Positions 1 to 14,105 are shown, counted from the stretch's first letter. The stretch: 64,000 nucleotides of DNA from Eledone cirrhosa (GCA_964016885.1 OZ024750.1:29450001-29514000); one strand, 5' to 3'. Numbers and translations are program-made. The notes: generated by a model not told the origin, from the sequence alone.

Positions 1-130
1 TTTATAGGGGAGGTAGGACCACTGCAATAAGTGTGAATCTGAAAGGGGAATATGTTGAATAAGATCATAATTAACTGATCCTTCTGTATTTTCTTTTATC
101 CCAAAGACAGGAACTTTTTAGCTCCTCTCC
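1..130 (+). mobile_element. Right end of a non-autonomous mariner-like element (same family as 36025-36553)
   Basis: Closely resembles the 3' part of 36025-36553 (actgcaataagtg...ggggaatatgttgaataa; ccaaag(a/c)caggaactttt). The tail resembles the mariner transposase C-terminus (NKCVNL.GEYVE*). Confidence 0.55.
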
Positions 131-606
131 TGTGTGTGTGTGTGAGTGCATGCGTGCGTGTTAAATGACTTTATCTTCTATTTACCTAATAGAATAAATG
201 ACATGACACACAGATTACAAACAATATATACTTAGTTTGTAGATCACTATAATTGAATAGTCAAATACTTCACAGCTGGGACTTAGATTACTTAGTTCTA
301 ATAATATATATATATATATACACACCCACTCACCCATATATATATATACATCAACCCACCCTAAATATATATATGATGATGATATATATATATATATATA
401 AAATATTAAAAAAATAATGAATAAAACAATATTGTTTTATTCATTATTTTTTTAATTATTTTTTTAATATTTTATCTTGACTCTGTATTCCGTTTATCTT
501 TCACCGAAAGTGATTTTTCATTGCATCTCTTCTTTCCATGATATCCGGATTACATTGAGTTCTTCATACGGATTGGACACTACCGTAAACTCTTGGTAGA
601 TTTATC

Positions 607-609
<3 letters not shown>

Positions 610-670
<61 letters not shown>

Positions 671-672
671 TA

Positions 673-708
<36 letters not shown>

Positions 709-726
709 TGTATGTATGTATGTATG

Positions 727-771
<45 letters not shown>

Positions 772-776
772 ATATA

Positions 777-812
<36 letters not shown>

Positions 813-833
813 TATATATATATATATATATAT
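610..833. repeat. Compound (TA)n/(TATG)n microsatellite
   Basis: Directly visible; representative of dozens of TA/CA/TG tracts in the window. Confidence 0.97.
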
Positions 834-950
834 AGGTGTGTGGCTGAGTGGTTAGAGAATTGGATTCGCAATCTTGAGGTTGTGAGTTTGATTCCTGGAC
901 TGGGCGATGCGTTATACCCTTGAGCAAGACACTTTATTTCACGTTGCTCC
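834..950 (+). mobile_element. tRNA-derived SINE head (truncated)
   Basis: A box TGGCTGAGTGG, B-box-like GAGTTTGATTCC, then ccttgagcaagacactttatttcac shared with the full SINE copies. Confidence 0.75.
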
Positions 951-1049
951 TTCTACCTGGAGTTGCGACCGATAGATAGTATTAGCAACTGGAAAGACCA
1001 ACGGAAACATTGTTTCCTCGGTCTGATTTGACGAAAGTCGATCGATCCT

Positions 1050-1090
<41 letters not shown>

Positions 1091-1093
<3 letters not shown>

Positions 1094-1968
1094 GGTGCGG
1101 ACAATATCTGTTCGCAAGATTACTGTCCAGGAAAAAATATTTTTTAAGATATATTTATCAAACTTGGGTCAGTTTGTCTTCATGACTTGTTCTTTCAATC
1201 TCACTCGATAAACCCGCCATTGGCTTTGATGAAGGCCTCAAGGCGGCCTTGGAACCGGCTACAGGCCTTCATCACTGTCCCCTGACTTAGGCCCCTAAAG
1301 GCACTTGTGATCCTTGCCTTCAGATTGTCTTTTGTATTGCAGCTAGATCTGTTGGCGTCTCGTTCCACTGCGCCCCACACAAAGAAGTCGCGGAGGCTGC
1401 AGTCAGGCGAGCTGGGAGGCCAGATGTCAGGTGAAGTGTGGTTGACGAAGTTCTCTGACAGACAGGCTTGGGTCTTTTGGCTGGTATGGCAGGGCACTGA
1501 GTCTTGCTGCCACACGTACGGCCTACCTGCAGCTACCTGGTCGATCCAGGGCTTTACTATCTTGCTCAGAACGCGGATGTAGCCATCGGTGTTCAGCTTG
1601 AGGCCCTCAGGGAAGAAGTGAGGTGGCATGACGTCACCTTGACTGCTGACGACACACAAGACCAATGTTATCGCTGAAAACTTTGTCTGCATGACTCTGG
1701 GCACATCTTTGGATTAGACAGCGAGCCACCTGTTGTTCTGGGAGTTGATCTTCTGGTCTTATTTGTCCTCCCAGCACGGACTCCAAGAAGAACTCCGTGT
1801 TTCTTCCACAAATTTGAAGGTTCAAAATTATTCATAATCAATTATTCTGAAAATAAATAATGGAAATATAGTCACTGTTTTTATGAAGACAAGTGTGACA
1901 ACGGAAGTAAAAAAAATTTGCATAAAATTAGCAGTTGAAAATTGCGAACAAATATCGTCCGCACCCTA
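1091..1968 (-). mobile_element. Internally deleted Tc1/mariner DNA transposon, maT (DD37D) type
   Basis: ~27-bp TIRs cagggtgcggacaatatctgttcgcaa / ttgcgaacaaatatcgtccgcaccct, embedded in TA runs. Confidence 0.9.
1201..1760 (-). pseudogene. Transposase catalytic-domain fragment (DD37D)
   Basis: ORF 1201-1704 has VWQQDS.PCH...WPPSSPDCSLRDFFVW with 37 residues between the last two Asp. The N-terminal DNA-binding region is missing. Confidence 0.88.
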
Positions 1969-2208
1969 TATATATATATAACACAGTAAAGAGAGAAGGG
2001 CGCATATATATTTGTGTGTTCAAATCATAAGGGATACAAAATGGCAGTTTTGATTTCAGGATGAAGAAACAGGGTGGAGTGGGTGTTTTTCTTTTTATTG
2101 TGGCACTATCATTACTAGCTTACAGGGGGAATATATATATTATATATATATGTAACCCATGTACAAACCACGCAGTATTCTTCTTTCTTCTCATGTTTTT
2201 TATATATA

Positions 2209-2560
2209 TATCATCATTTCATCATCATCATTTCATTTTACGTCCGCTTTTCCCTGCTTGCAAGGGTGGGACGGGAACTGATTCTGGCTTGATTTCTACA
2301 GCTGGATGCCCTTCCTAACACCAACCTCATTTACAGTGAGTGCTGGGTGCTCTTTTTGCCGTGGCACCTGCACGACCACTTTGCAGTGGAATGATATGGA
2401 CCCCAGTCCCTATCATCTCATTTCTACAGCTGAGTAAACTGGAGCAATGTGAAATAAAGTGTCTTGCTCAAGGAAACAACACATCACCCGGTCTGAGAAT
2501 TGAACTCACAACCTTTCGATTGAAAGGCCAATGCTCTAGCCACTAAACCATGTGCCACCA
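2209..2560 (-). mobile_element. Full-length tRNA-derived SINE with RTE-like tail (family A)
   Basis: Near-identical to the reverse complement of 37180-37525; pol III A/B boxes and (ATG)n tail. Confidence 0.88.
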
Positions 2561-2588
2561 TATATACATACATACATACATACATACT

Positions 2589-2625
<37 letters not shown>

Positions 2626-2698
2626 GGAAAAAATGAAACAAAATTTCATTTCCCACTCTTAGTACGTCTGTATACATATATGTATGTACGTGTACATA

Positions 2699-2739
<41 letters not shown>

Positions 2740-2742
<3 letters not shown>

Positions 2743-2903
2743 GAAGTAAGTGTGGTAAGGAGCCAGGTGGGCCATAGCGCACCAGAGTACTCGATACTTT
2801 AGCTAGTAGAGTGGGTAATAGGAAAAGGTTCAGGACCCCGACGGCAGAGCTCAATCCGTTTCGACAGTTTGAGTTCTGCTGTCGGGGTCCGGAACCTTTT
2901 CCT
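2740..2903. mobile_element. Fold-back Penelope-like remnant in (TA)n
   Basis: Arms taggaaaaggttcaggaccccgacggcagagctcaa / ttgagttctgctgtcggggtccggaaccttttccta. Related copies at 36965, 39896, 55610 and 62320. Confidence 0.6.
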
Positions 2904-2904
2904 A

Positions 2905-2937
<33 letters not shown>

Positions 2938-3476
2938 TATCCAGTTGAAGAAAGTGGGTTTATCAAAAATCTGCCGACTTATTCTGAAACAGATGTGAAG
3001 CACTCCACGGTCTTTGTTCCTTAGGATTTTCTCCGTGAAGTATCGTTCGGAGTTTTAGTATAATAAATAAGAGAGACGGTTTTATTTGTATATCTTCATG
3101 TATTTATTAGTTCATTATACGTATTTCAAAGATGTAAGGTAGTTATATATTTTTGCTTTTACCCACTTATAATTTTATATTTGTATATATATATATATAT
3201 AAATGAAGTAATTCCGTCAGAAAGGTCCAGGAAAAAAGAGTGCTCTATGTAGGTTACAGAGCTTATTAGTTATGTAATAAACAACATAAGGAAATAATTA
3301 CCTTATGTTGTTTATTACATATCAAGTAAAGCAACAGAGTAAAGGACTTGCGTATGTCCCTATAATTCCTGGGCATTTCAAAATACAATATAGAGAAGAG
3401 AAAACACAGGAGAGTGTGTTTTCATTTACAGGGAGTATAAGACCACTAAAATGAAAACACACTCTCCTGTGTTTTC

Positions 3477-3577
<101 letters not shown>

Positions 3578-3944
3578 AAATGAAAATGAATATATATATA
3601 TATGAACACACACATACACACACACACACTCACACTTGCATATATTTCGATAGTAAAATAAACAGAGACCTATATTCTAATTAACACACCACCATACCTT
3701 AGCAGGTCTGTCTTTTCTTCTTTCTGTGTTTTGTCATTGACTTTATCTAATCTTTAAGTTGGAACAAAACTTGTTCTCAATACATCAAGGTTAGCCAAGA
3801 AAAACAACAAATCAAATAAATGAATTAATAAATAATAAAGAAAAATAATAAAATAATAATAAAGAAATTTGCTTTCTTAAGAAAAATAAAAGAAAGAAGA
3901 ATCTTGACCTTTCTTTACTTGATGTTATTCCTACCAAAACATTT

Positions 3945-4060
<116 letters not shown>

Positions 4061-4539
4061 TTACTAGATGTTATTCCTACCCAAAACATTATAACCAATC
4101 CACTATACTGTCCTATACATACACACACACATGCACATGCACATGCACACACATGCACATGCACATACACACACACACATATATAAATATATCATCATTA
4201 TCATTTACTGTTTTCATTATTAGCAAGGGTTGGAGGGTTGTCACAGAGCGAGTCAGTACTCATGTGCAGCTACTGACCTTTCAGATTCGCCAGGGATGGG
4301 TGTGTGGGCTCGCATTTCAATTACATATGCGCCCTCCCCTACAGCACTCTATCAAGTGCTTAGATAAGAAGGGGTTAGGGCACATCTTATTTACGTATGT
4401 TCCTCTCTGCATTTTACTGAGTGTATTTTATTGCGGCAGGAGCACTAAGGTGGTTGTTATGCCCTTCACACAACTGAAGAGTCCCTATGATCAATTTTTG
4501 GCATAGTTTTTACAGTGGGACGCCCTTCATATCATCACA

Positions 4540-5635
4540 AGTCATTGACTTAGTGGCCCTAGAGATGTTGGTCATTGACTTAGTGGCCCTAGAGAAGTTA
4601 TTGGTCATTGACTTAGTGGCCCTAGAGATGTTGGTCATTGACTTAGTGGCCCTAGAGATGTTGGTCATTGACTTAGTGGCCCTAGAGAAGTTATTGGTCA
4701 TTGACTTAGTGGCCCTAGAGATGTTGGTCATTGACTTAGTGGCCCTAGAGATGTTGGTCATTGACTTAGTGGCCCTAGAGATGTTGGTCATTGACTTAGT
4801 GGCCCTAGAGATGTTGGTCATTGACTTAGTGGCCCTAGAGAAGTTATTGGTCATTGACTTAGTGGCCCTAGAGATGTTGGTCATTGACTTAGTGGCCCTA
4901 GAGATGTTGGTCATTGACTTAGTGGCCCTAGAGATGTTGGTCATTGACTTAGTGGCCCTAGAGATGTTGGTCATTGACTTAGTGGCCCTAGAGAAGTTAT
5001 TGGTCATTGACTTAGTGGCCCTAGAGATGTTGGTCATTGACTTAGTGGCCCTAGAGATGTTGGTCATTGACTTAGTGGCCCTAGAGATGTTGGTCATTGA
5101 CTTAGTGGCCCTAGAGATGTTGGTCATTGACTTAGTGGCCCTAGAGAAGTTATTGGTCATTGACTTAGTGGCCCTAGAGATGTTGGTCATTGACTTAGTG
5201 GCCCTAGAGATGTTGGTCATTGACTTAGTGGCCCTAGAGATGTTGGTCATTGACTTAGTGGCCCTAGAGATGTTGGTCATTGACTTAGTGGCCCTAGAGA
5301 TGTTGGTCATTGACTTAGTGGCCCTAGAGATGTTGGTCATTGACTTAGTGGCCCTAGAGAAGTTATTGGTCATTGACTTAGTGGCGCTAAAGAGGTTATT
5401 GGTTATTGACTTAGTGGCCCTAGAGATGTTGGTCATTGACTTAGTGGCCCTAGAGATGTTGGTCATTGACTTAGTGGCCCTAGAGATGTTGGTCATTGAC
5501 TTAGTGGCCCTAGAGAAGTTATTGGTCATTGACTTAGTGGCCCTAGAGAAGTTATTGGTCATTGACTTAGTGGCGCTAAAGAGGTTATTGGTTATTAACT
5601 TAGTGGCCGTAAAGAAGTTGTGGGTCATTGACTCA
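4540..5635. repeat. 30/33-bp minisatellite with a 153-bp higher-order unit
   Basis: Unit gtcattgacttagtggccctagagatgttg; a 33-bp variant (gaagttattg) recurs mostly every 153 bp. Confidence 0.97.
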
Positions 5636-6239
5636 ACTAAAGAGTCGTTACTACTCTATGGCTGGGGATGGGGATATAAGTAAGAGGCCCTACCTCTCCC
5701 CCTAAGAAGCATGATGAGTATGATGTCATGGGTGTATGACATGTGTGGTGATGGGGTGGGGTATGGTAGTGTGAGGAGTAGGAGGGGAGGCCTTCACCTC
5801 CGACAGTGTGGGAGGGAGTTATTGTATTGATAACAGCTACTAAGGGATTATGACTGGTTGTATCAACATTTTAGATGGAGGGGTGGGGGTCCTGGGTAGA
5901 ATGAGTGGTGGTGTGAATCTGGATAGAGTATGGGTGGGGTGTGCAGTAATGGTGAGAATAGCTACTGTGGGTAAGGGGTGGGGGGTGATAGTGAATGGGA
6001 AGGAGAATAGCTATTGTGTGGTGGTGGGGGGGGGGGGGTGATAGTGGATGGGAAGGAGAATAGCTACTATGGAATGATAGCGGGAGGAGGAAGGAGACAC
6101 AAGGATTGTTAAAGTCACATTTTATACCAGTATTTTCCCATACAACCAGATCTGCCCTTCTTTACCTCTTCCCCCTTTTCTCATTACTTAATTTTGCTTT
6201 TATCTTTCTTTTTCATATTTATGTAATTATCAATGGTTT

Positions 6240-9200
6240 TCAAACCAACTTTGTGAGTGAAACCCATATAATGTGGTGGGTTTTCTCTGGTAACAACATG
6301 TCCCCAATTTTCTGCAGGCCCTTGTTCCAAACCATCTTTGTGAGTGAAACCCATATATTGTGGTGGGTTTTCTCTGGTAACAACATGTCCCCAATTTTCT
6401 GCAGGCCCTTGTTCCAAACCATCTTTGTGAGTGAAACCCATATATTGTGGTGGGTTTTCTCTGGTAACAACATATCCCCAATCTTCTGCAGGCCCTTGTT
6501 CCAAACCATCTTTGTGAGTGAAACACATATATTGTGGTGGGTTTTCTCTGGTAACAACATGTCCCCAATCTTCTGCAGGCCCTTGTTCCAAACCAACTTT
6601 GTGAGTGAAACATATATTGTGGTGGGTTTTCTCTGGTAACAACATGTCCCCAATCTTCTGCAGGCCCTTGTTCCAAACCATCTTTGTGAGTGAAACACAT
6701 ATATTGTGGTGGGTTTTCTCTGGTAACAACATGTCCCCAATCTTCTGCAGGCCCTTGTGCCAAACCATCTTTGTGAGTGAAACCCATATATTGTGGTGGG
6801 TTTTCTCTGGTAACAACATGTCCCCAATCTTCTGCAGGCCCTTGTTCCAAACCATCTTTGTGAGTGAAACACATATATTGTGGTGGGTTTTCTCTGGTAA
6901 CAACATGTCCCCAATCTTCTGCAGGCCCTTGTTCCAAACCAACTTTGTGAGTGAAACACATATATTGTGGTGGGTTTTCTCTGGTAACAACATGTCCCCA
7001 ATCTTCTGCAGGCCCTTGTTCCAAACCAACTTTGTGAGTGAAACATATATTGTGGTGGGTTTTCTCTGGTAACAACATGTCCCCAATCTTCTGCAGGCCC
7101 TTGTTCCAAACCATCTTTGTGAGTGAAACACATATATTGTGGTGGGTTTTCTCTGGTAACAACATGTCCCCAATCTTCTGCAGGCCCTTGTTCCAAACCA
7201 TCTTTGTGAGTGAAACACATATATTGTGGTGGGTTTTCTCTGGTAACAACATGTCCCCAATTTTCTGCAGGCCCTTGTTCCAAACCATCTTTGTGAGTGA
7301 AACACATATATTGTGGTGGGTTTTCTCTGGTAACAACATGTCCCCAATCTTCTGCAGGCCCTTGTTCCAAACCATCTTTGTGAGTGAAACACATATATTG
7401 TGGTGGGTTTTCTCTGGTAACAACATGTCCCCAATTTTCTGCAGGCCCTTGTTCCAAACCAACTTTGTGAGTGAAACATATATTGTGGTGGGTTTTCTCT
7501 GGTAACAACATGTCCCCAATCTTCTGCAGGCCCTTGTTCCAAACCATCTTTGTGAGTGAAACACATATATTGTGGTGGGTTTTCTCTGGTAACAACATGT
7601 CCCCAATTTTCTGCAGGCCCTTGTTCCAAACCAACTTTGTGAGTGAAACATATATTGTGGTGGGTTTTCTCTGGTAACAACATGTCCCCAATCTTCTGCA
7701 GGCCCTTGTTCCAAACCATCTTTGTGAGTGAAACACATATATTGTGGTGGGTTTTCTCTGGTAACAACATGTCCCCAATCTTCTGCAGGCCCTTGTTCCA
7801 AACCATCTTTGTGAGTGAAACACATATATTGTGGTGGGTTTTCTCTGGTAACAACATGTCCCCAATCTTCTGCAGGCCCTTGTTACAAACCATCTTTGTG
7901 AGTGAAACACATATATTGTGGTGGGTTTTCTCTGGTAACAACATGTCCCCAATCTTCTGCAGGCCCTTGTTCCAAACCATCTTTGTGAGTGAAACACATA
8001 TATTGTGGTGGGTTTTCTCTGGTAACAACATGTCCCCAATCTTCTGCAGGCCCTTGTTCCAAACCATCTTTGTGAGTGAAACACATATATTGTGGTGGGT
8101 TTTCTCTGGTAACAACATGTCCCCAATCTTCTGCAGGCCCTTGTTCCAAACCAACTTTGTGAGTGAAACACATATATTGTGGTGGGTTTTCTCTGGTAAC
8201 AACATGTCCCCAATCTTCTGCAGGCCCTTGTTCCAAACCAACTTTGTGAGTGAAACATATATTGTGGTGGGTTTTCTCTGGTAACAACATGTCCCCAATC
8301 TTCTGCAGGCCCTTGTTCCAAACCATCTTTGTGAGTGAAACACATATATTGTGGTGGGTTTTCTCTGGTAACAACATGTCCCCAATCTTCTGCAGGCCCT
8401 TGTTCCAAACCATCTTTGTGAGTGAAACACATATATTGTGGTGGGTTTTCTCTGGTAACAACATGTCCCCAATTTTCTGCAGGCCCTTGTTCCAAACCAT
8501 CTTTGTGAGTGAAACACATATATTGTGGTGGGTTTTCTCTGGTAACAACATGTCCCCAATCTTCTGCAGGCCCTTGTTCCAAACCATCTTTGTGAGTGAA
8601 ACACATATATTGTGGTGGGTTTTCTCTGGTAACAACATGTCCCCAATTTTCTGCAGGCCCTTGTTCCAAACCAACTTTGTGAGTGAAACATATATTGTGG
8701 TGGGTTTTCTCTGGTAACAACATGTCCCCAATCTTCTGCAGGCCCTTGTTCCAAACCATCTTTGTGAGTGAAACACATATATTGTGGTGGGTTTTCTCTG
8801 GTAACAACATGTCCCCAATCTTCTGCAGGCCCTTGTTCCAAACCATCTTTGTGAGTGAAACACATATATTGTGGTGGGTTTTCTCTGGTAACAACATGTC
8901 CCCAATCTTCTGCAGGCCCTTGTTACAAACCATCTTTGTGAGTGAAACACATATATTGTGGTGGGTTTTCTCTGGTAACAACATGTCCCCAATCTTCTGC
9001 AGGCCCTTGTTCCAAACCATCTTTGTGAGTGAAACACATATATTGTGGTGGGTTTTCTCTGGTAACAACATGTCCCCAATCTTCTGCAGGCCCTTGTGCC
9101 AAACCATCTTTGTGAGTGCAACACATATATTATGGTGGGTTTTCTCTGGTAACAACATGTCCCCAATCTTCTGCAGGCCCTTGTTCCAAACCATCTTTGT

Positions 9201-9339
9201 GAGTGAAACACATATATTGTGGTGGGTTTTCTCTGGTAATAACATGTCCCCAATCTTCTGCAGGCCCTTGTTCCAAACCATCTTTGTGAGTGAAACACAT
9301 ATATTGTGGTGGGTTTTCTCTGGTAACAACATGTCCCCA
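6240..9339. repeat. 87-bp tandem satellite, ~35 copies, with 85-bp variants
   Basis: Unit ccaaaccatctttgtgagtgaaacacatatattgtggtgggttttctctggtaacaacatgtccccaatcttctgcaggcccttgtt. Confidence 0.98.
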
Positions 9340-9380
9340 GACAAAATATTAATAAATATAGACATTCATGTGATCAAATA

Positions 9381-9446
9381 TATTTTATTATACATATTTC
9401 AGAGGTACTGAGCTATTTCAACAGTACGTCCTCATCAGATAAAATA
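9381..9446 (-). ncRNA. Minimal type-I hammerhead ribozyme motif (Penelope-associated)
   Basis: Minus strand: tattttat-CTGATGA-ggacgtactg...cagtacctct-GAAA-tatgt-ATA-ataaaata. Stem I is perfect and stem II pairs. Confidence 0.72.
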
Positions 9447-9504
9447 AGTTGATGCCTGACATACCTTGACTATGTTGATGGTTATAATTTAGTCATGGCA
9501 GGGC

Positions 9505-9546
<42 letters not shown>

Positions 9547-9547
<1 letters not shown>

Positions 9548-9960
9548 ACGATATTAAACAAATGGAAACTACATTTATAAAACCATATTTATTTCATTAT
9601 ATATATTTCAGGGATATCATATTAAAATATGGTATGCCCTCTTCAGACAAAATACAATATATAGACAGTTTTTTAAATAAATTTGACATACCTTAGAGTT
9701 TACAACTTCCATTTAAAAAGTTGTTACGGTAGTCAAATTTATTTATAAAACTGTCTATATATTGTATTTTGTCTGAAGAGGGCATACCATATTTTAATAT
9801 GATATCCCTGAAATATATATAATGAAATAAATATGGTTTTATAAATGTAGTTTCCATTTGTTTAATATCGTAAAATACTCCAAAATCTGTTGAGTGCTTT
9901 TATATCAGTTATAAAATATTTACTCGTTGTAACCCAACATTTTAAATAAAACTTTTGCAT
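9547..9960. mobile_element. Palindromic Penelope-like cassette with ~140-bp inverted arms in (TA)n
   Basis: 9547-9687 is the reverse complement of ~9732-9872; each arm carries a hammerhead motif; TA runs on both flanks. Confidence 0.75.
9765..9829 (+). ncRNA. Hammerhead ribozyme motif
   Basis: tattttgt-CTGAAGA-gggcataccatatt..aatatgatatccct-GAAA-tatat-ATA-atgaaata. Confidence 0.68.
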
Positions 9961-9972
9961 ATATATATATAT

Positions 9973-10653
9973 AGAGAGAAAATTGAGGTTGGTAATGGCA
10001 CATGGAATATATAAGAGACAGAATACTTTTTTGTGAAAAAACATAATTTTATAAGGTAAGGAAATAATAAAGGGTATAAAAAATGACCGGTTTCGATGGG
10101 TCTGCAAAAGCCATCTTTTCAAATGTTGATTAATATTAAGAAAAATTAATAATACGAAGAGTTAAAATTTGAGACTTGAAAATTCAAGTATAAAATTCAT
10201 CGTGGGATTTCATAGCAGTTTTCATCTAGGTAGCAACAACGGGTTGACTGCTGTGTCCCTTTCTGGTAGTGAATGAGAAGTTATTTGGGGTGTGGGTTAT
10301 TTTATAAAGGTCAGAATTAGCAATCACCAACTGGCCAGCTGCTGGTCAGTGAGGGGGTGGAAGCAATATACATACACATATCTTCCTGTGATGGGTAGGA
10401 GAGTGGAGCGTGATAGAAAGGGATTTAGTGCACTTACACCTATATATACACACATACCTTCATCCACACATACATACATATACATATACATATATATATA
10501 TACATATATATACATATACACACATACATACACACACACATACATATACATACACACACACACATATATACACATACACACACACATATATATATATATA
10601 CACACACACACACATATATATACATACACATACATCCAGATACACACATACAT

Positions 10654-10714
<61 letters not shown>

Positions 10715-11287
10715 CACCCCCACACACACCCCCACACATACATACACACACATATATATATACACACACACACATATATATATATACATACACACATACA
10801 AACATACACACACCAAGAAAAATCCCCTTGAGCAGCCATATTGCGAACTGCGCAGGAATGACACTACCCAACTTTAAAATCTTCCCCTTCTACAAGTGCT
10901 CAGATTCGTTCACACAGCAACAAAGAATAAACAAAGAAAATCTATTCCTCAACAAATTTAAACCAAAACTAAACGGGTTATCACCCCAATAGAATTGTCA
11001 TAAAATATAAACACACATACGAACGGAATCACTACTATTAAAGACCAGAGACCAATTCTGTAGAATCAGGTTTATTCATTGACAGACCATGCCTTTGTGT
11101 GACCAACACATCCATGTTAAACCCTGCACGTGCACACACATATATCTATATATATATGCGCACACAGAATTCACCACTGTCGGTTGCGGGGCCCAATCTA
11201 CATGAAGAACTCAATGTGATCAGAATGACTTCTATTTTAATTTCACTGCCCCAACTTCTTATATTATGGAAAAAATATATGTGTCTG

Positions 11288-11364
<77 letters not shown>

Positions 11365-11403
11365 ATGTATGTGTGTATCTGGATGTATGTGTATGTATAT
11401 ATA

Positions 11404-11434
<31 letters not shown>

Positions 11435-12056
11435 GTGTGTGTGTATGTGTATATATGTGTGTGTGTGTATGTGTGTATGTATATGTATGTGTGTGTGTAT
11501 GTATGTGTGTATATGTATATATATGTATATATATATATATGTATATGTATATGTATGTATGTGTGGATGAAGGTATGTGTGTATATATAGGTGTAAGTGC
11601 ACTAAATCCCTTTCTATCACGCTCCACTCTCCTACCCATCACAGGAAGATATGTGTATGTATATTGCTTCCACCCCCTCACTGACCAGCAGCTGGCCAGT
11701 TGGTGATTGCTAAATCTGACCTTTATAAAATAACCCACACCCCAAATAACTTCTCATTCACTACCAGAAAGGGACACAGCAGTCAACCTGTTGTTGCTAC
11801 CTAGATGAAAACTGCTATGAAATCCCACAATGAATTTTATACTTGAATTTTCAAGTCTCAAATTTTAACTCTTCCTATTATTAATTTTTCTTAATATTAA
11901 TCAACATTTGAAAAGATGGCTTTTGCAGACCCATCGAAACCGGTCATTTTTTATACCCTTTATTATTTCCTTACCTTATAAAATTATGTTTTTTCACAAA
12001 AAAGTATTCTGTCTCTTATATATTCCATGTGCCATTACCAACCTCAATTTTCTCTA
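9973..12056 (+). mobile_element. 5'-truncated Penelope-like element with inverted pseudo-LTR
   Basis: 9973-~10715 is the reverse complement of ~11290-12056, including an internal microsatellite. The spacer holds a GIY-YIG C-terminus, and there is a degenerate hammerhead at 11903-11950. Confidence 0.8.
10813..10992 (+). pseudogene. C-terminus of a Penelope GIY-YIG endonuclease
   Basis: Manual translation: [59 protein letters not shown]. It fits the H..C ... R..KE..F...F.P.LN ending of PLE endonucleases. Confidence 0.72.
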
Positions 12057-12086
12057 TAACCTTCGTTTTGTGTAGAAAATTACACT

Positions 12087-12170
<84 letters not shown>

Positions 12171-12171
12171 G

Positions 12172-12248
12172 CAGGGTGGGGCATAAAGATTACCTATATT
12201 TTGAAGGGATATAAAAAAAAATGTGTTAAATCTTTATGCCCCACCCTG
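12172..12248. mobile_element. 77-bp Tc1/mariner-type mini-MITE
   Basis: 20-bp TIRs cagggtggggcataaagatt / aatctttatgccccaccctg next to TA runs. Confidence 0.75.
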
Positions 12249-12317
12249 TTTATATATACATTTGTATTTATATAAATGTATATATAACATTTGTATTTAC
12301 ACACACACACAAACACA

Positions 12318-12358
<41 letters not shown>

Positions 12359-12528
12359 TACTCTATTACTCAATTAAGTGTTCCAGCCGACAGGCTGAGG
12401 CCATGCTGGGGTACTGTGGCCTATGTATATGTATATATATATATATCGAGTGCTTTACTGCACATTCCTAATTGTATATCGTTAGCTTGGCCACAGCCAA
12501 AACTTCGATTTTACTAAACTTTCATTTG

Positions 12529-12900
<372 letters not shown>

Positions 12901-13069
12901 ATATATATATATATATATATATATATATGGTTGGAGCATCCAACCATAAAAAGCTTGATAAACAATGGGTTGGAGGAACCTCAGTTGTGTCAAAGATAAG
13001 ACAACCACCAACCACTCCTGTGTACTTGGTAGAATGTAAGTGACTGTATGTAAATGAGATGCAGATGCC

Positions 13070-13895
13070 CAGCCTGTCTGGCAGGTCAATAGCCCTGCTT
13101 CAGTACTGACTTGGTCTATGTAAACCTGTTCAACCCTTTTGTCTGGGAGGTCAATAGCCCTGCTTTAGTACTGACTTGGTCTATGTAAACCTGTTCAACC
13201 CTTTTGTCTGGGAGGTCAATAGCCCTGCTTCAGTACTGACTTGGTCTATGTAAACCTGTTCAACCCTTTTGTCTGGGAGGTCAATAGTCCTGCTTCAGTA
13301 CTGACTTGGTCTATGTAAACCTGTTCAACCCTTTTGTCTGGGAGGTCAATAGCCCTGCTTTAGTACTGACTTGGTCTATGTAAACCTGTTCAACCCTTTT
13401 GTCTGGGAGGTCAATAGCCCTGCTTCAGTACTGACTTGGTCTATGTAAACCTGTTCAACCCTTTTGTCTGGGAGGTCAATAGCCCTGCTTCAGTACTGAC
13501 TTGGTCTATGTAAACCTGTTCAACCCTTTTGTCTGGGAGGTCAATAGCCCTGCTTCAGTACTGACTTGGTCTATGTAAACCTGTTCAACCCTTTTGTCTG
13601 GGAGGTCAATAGCCCCACTTCAGTACTGACTTGGTCTATGTAAACCTGTTCAACCCTTTTGTCTGGGAGGTCAATAGCCCTGCTTCAGTAATGACTTGGT
13701 GTATGTAAACCTGTTCAACTCTTTTGTCTGGGAGGTCAATAGCCTCACTTCAGTACTGACTTGGTCTATGTAAACCTGTTCAACCCTTTTGTCTGGCAGG
13801 TCAATAGCCCTGCTTCAGTACTGACTTGGTCTATGTAAACCTGTTCAACCCTTGCTAACAGAGAAAGCAAACATTAAAACCATAATGATGATGAT
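13070..13895 (+). repeat. 65-bp minisatellite (~12 copies) inside a SINE/RTE-type 3' tail
   Basis: Unit gtcaatagccctgcttcagtactgacttggtctatgtaaacctgttcaacccttttgtctgggag; the last unit runs into caacccttgctaac...atgatgatg. Confidence 0.9.
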
Positions 13896-14105
13896 ATATA
13901 CATAGATATATTCACACTAAGACAAAAGTAGTTTAAACCAGTAAATGATTTGCCATAGAGAAAGGAAAGTAAGTTTTATTTATGAAAATGTTCTGACCTG
14001 AATTTTGGGTACATTGTTTTCCTTTAATTAATTTGTTCCATAGAAACATAGAAACCTTGTGTTATTACATAAATATTAACATCATCTTTTAATGTGTTTT
14101 AAATG

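Noticed and set aside
4487-5683. 398-aa and 372-aa ORFs on opposite strands
   Set aside because: They arise from a 30/33-bp minisatellite (multiples of 3, no stop codons); DNA units are identical, with no codon-level divergence.
6184-9411. ORFs up to 1041 aa in the 87-bp array
   Set aside because: Open in several frames because the unit lacks stops, and frames switch at 2-bp deletions; this is satellite DNA.
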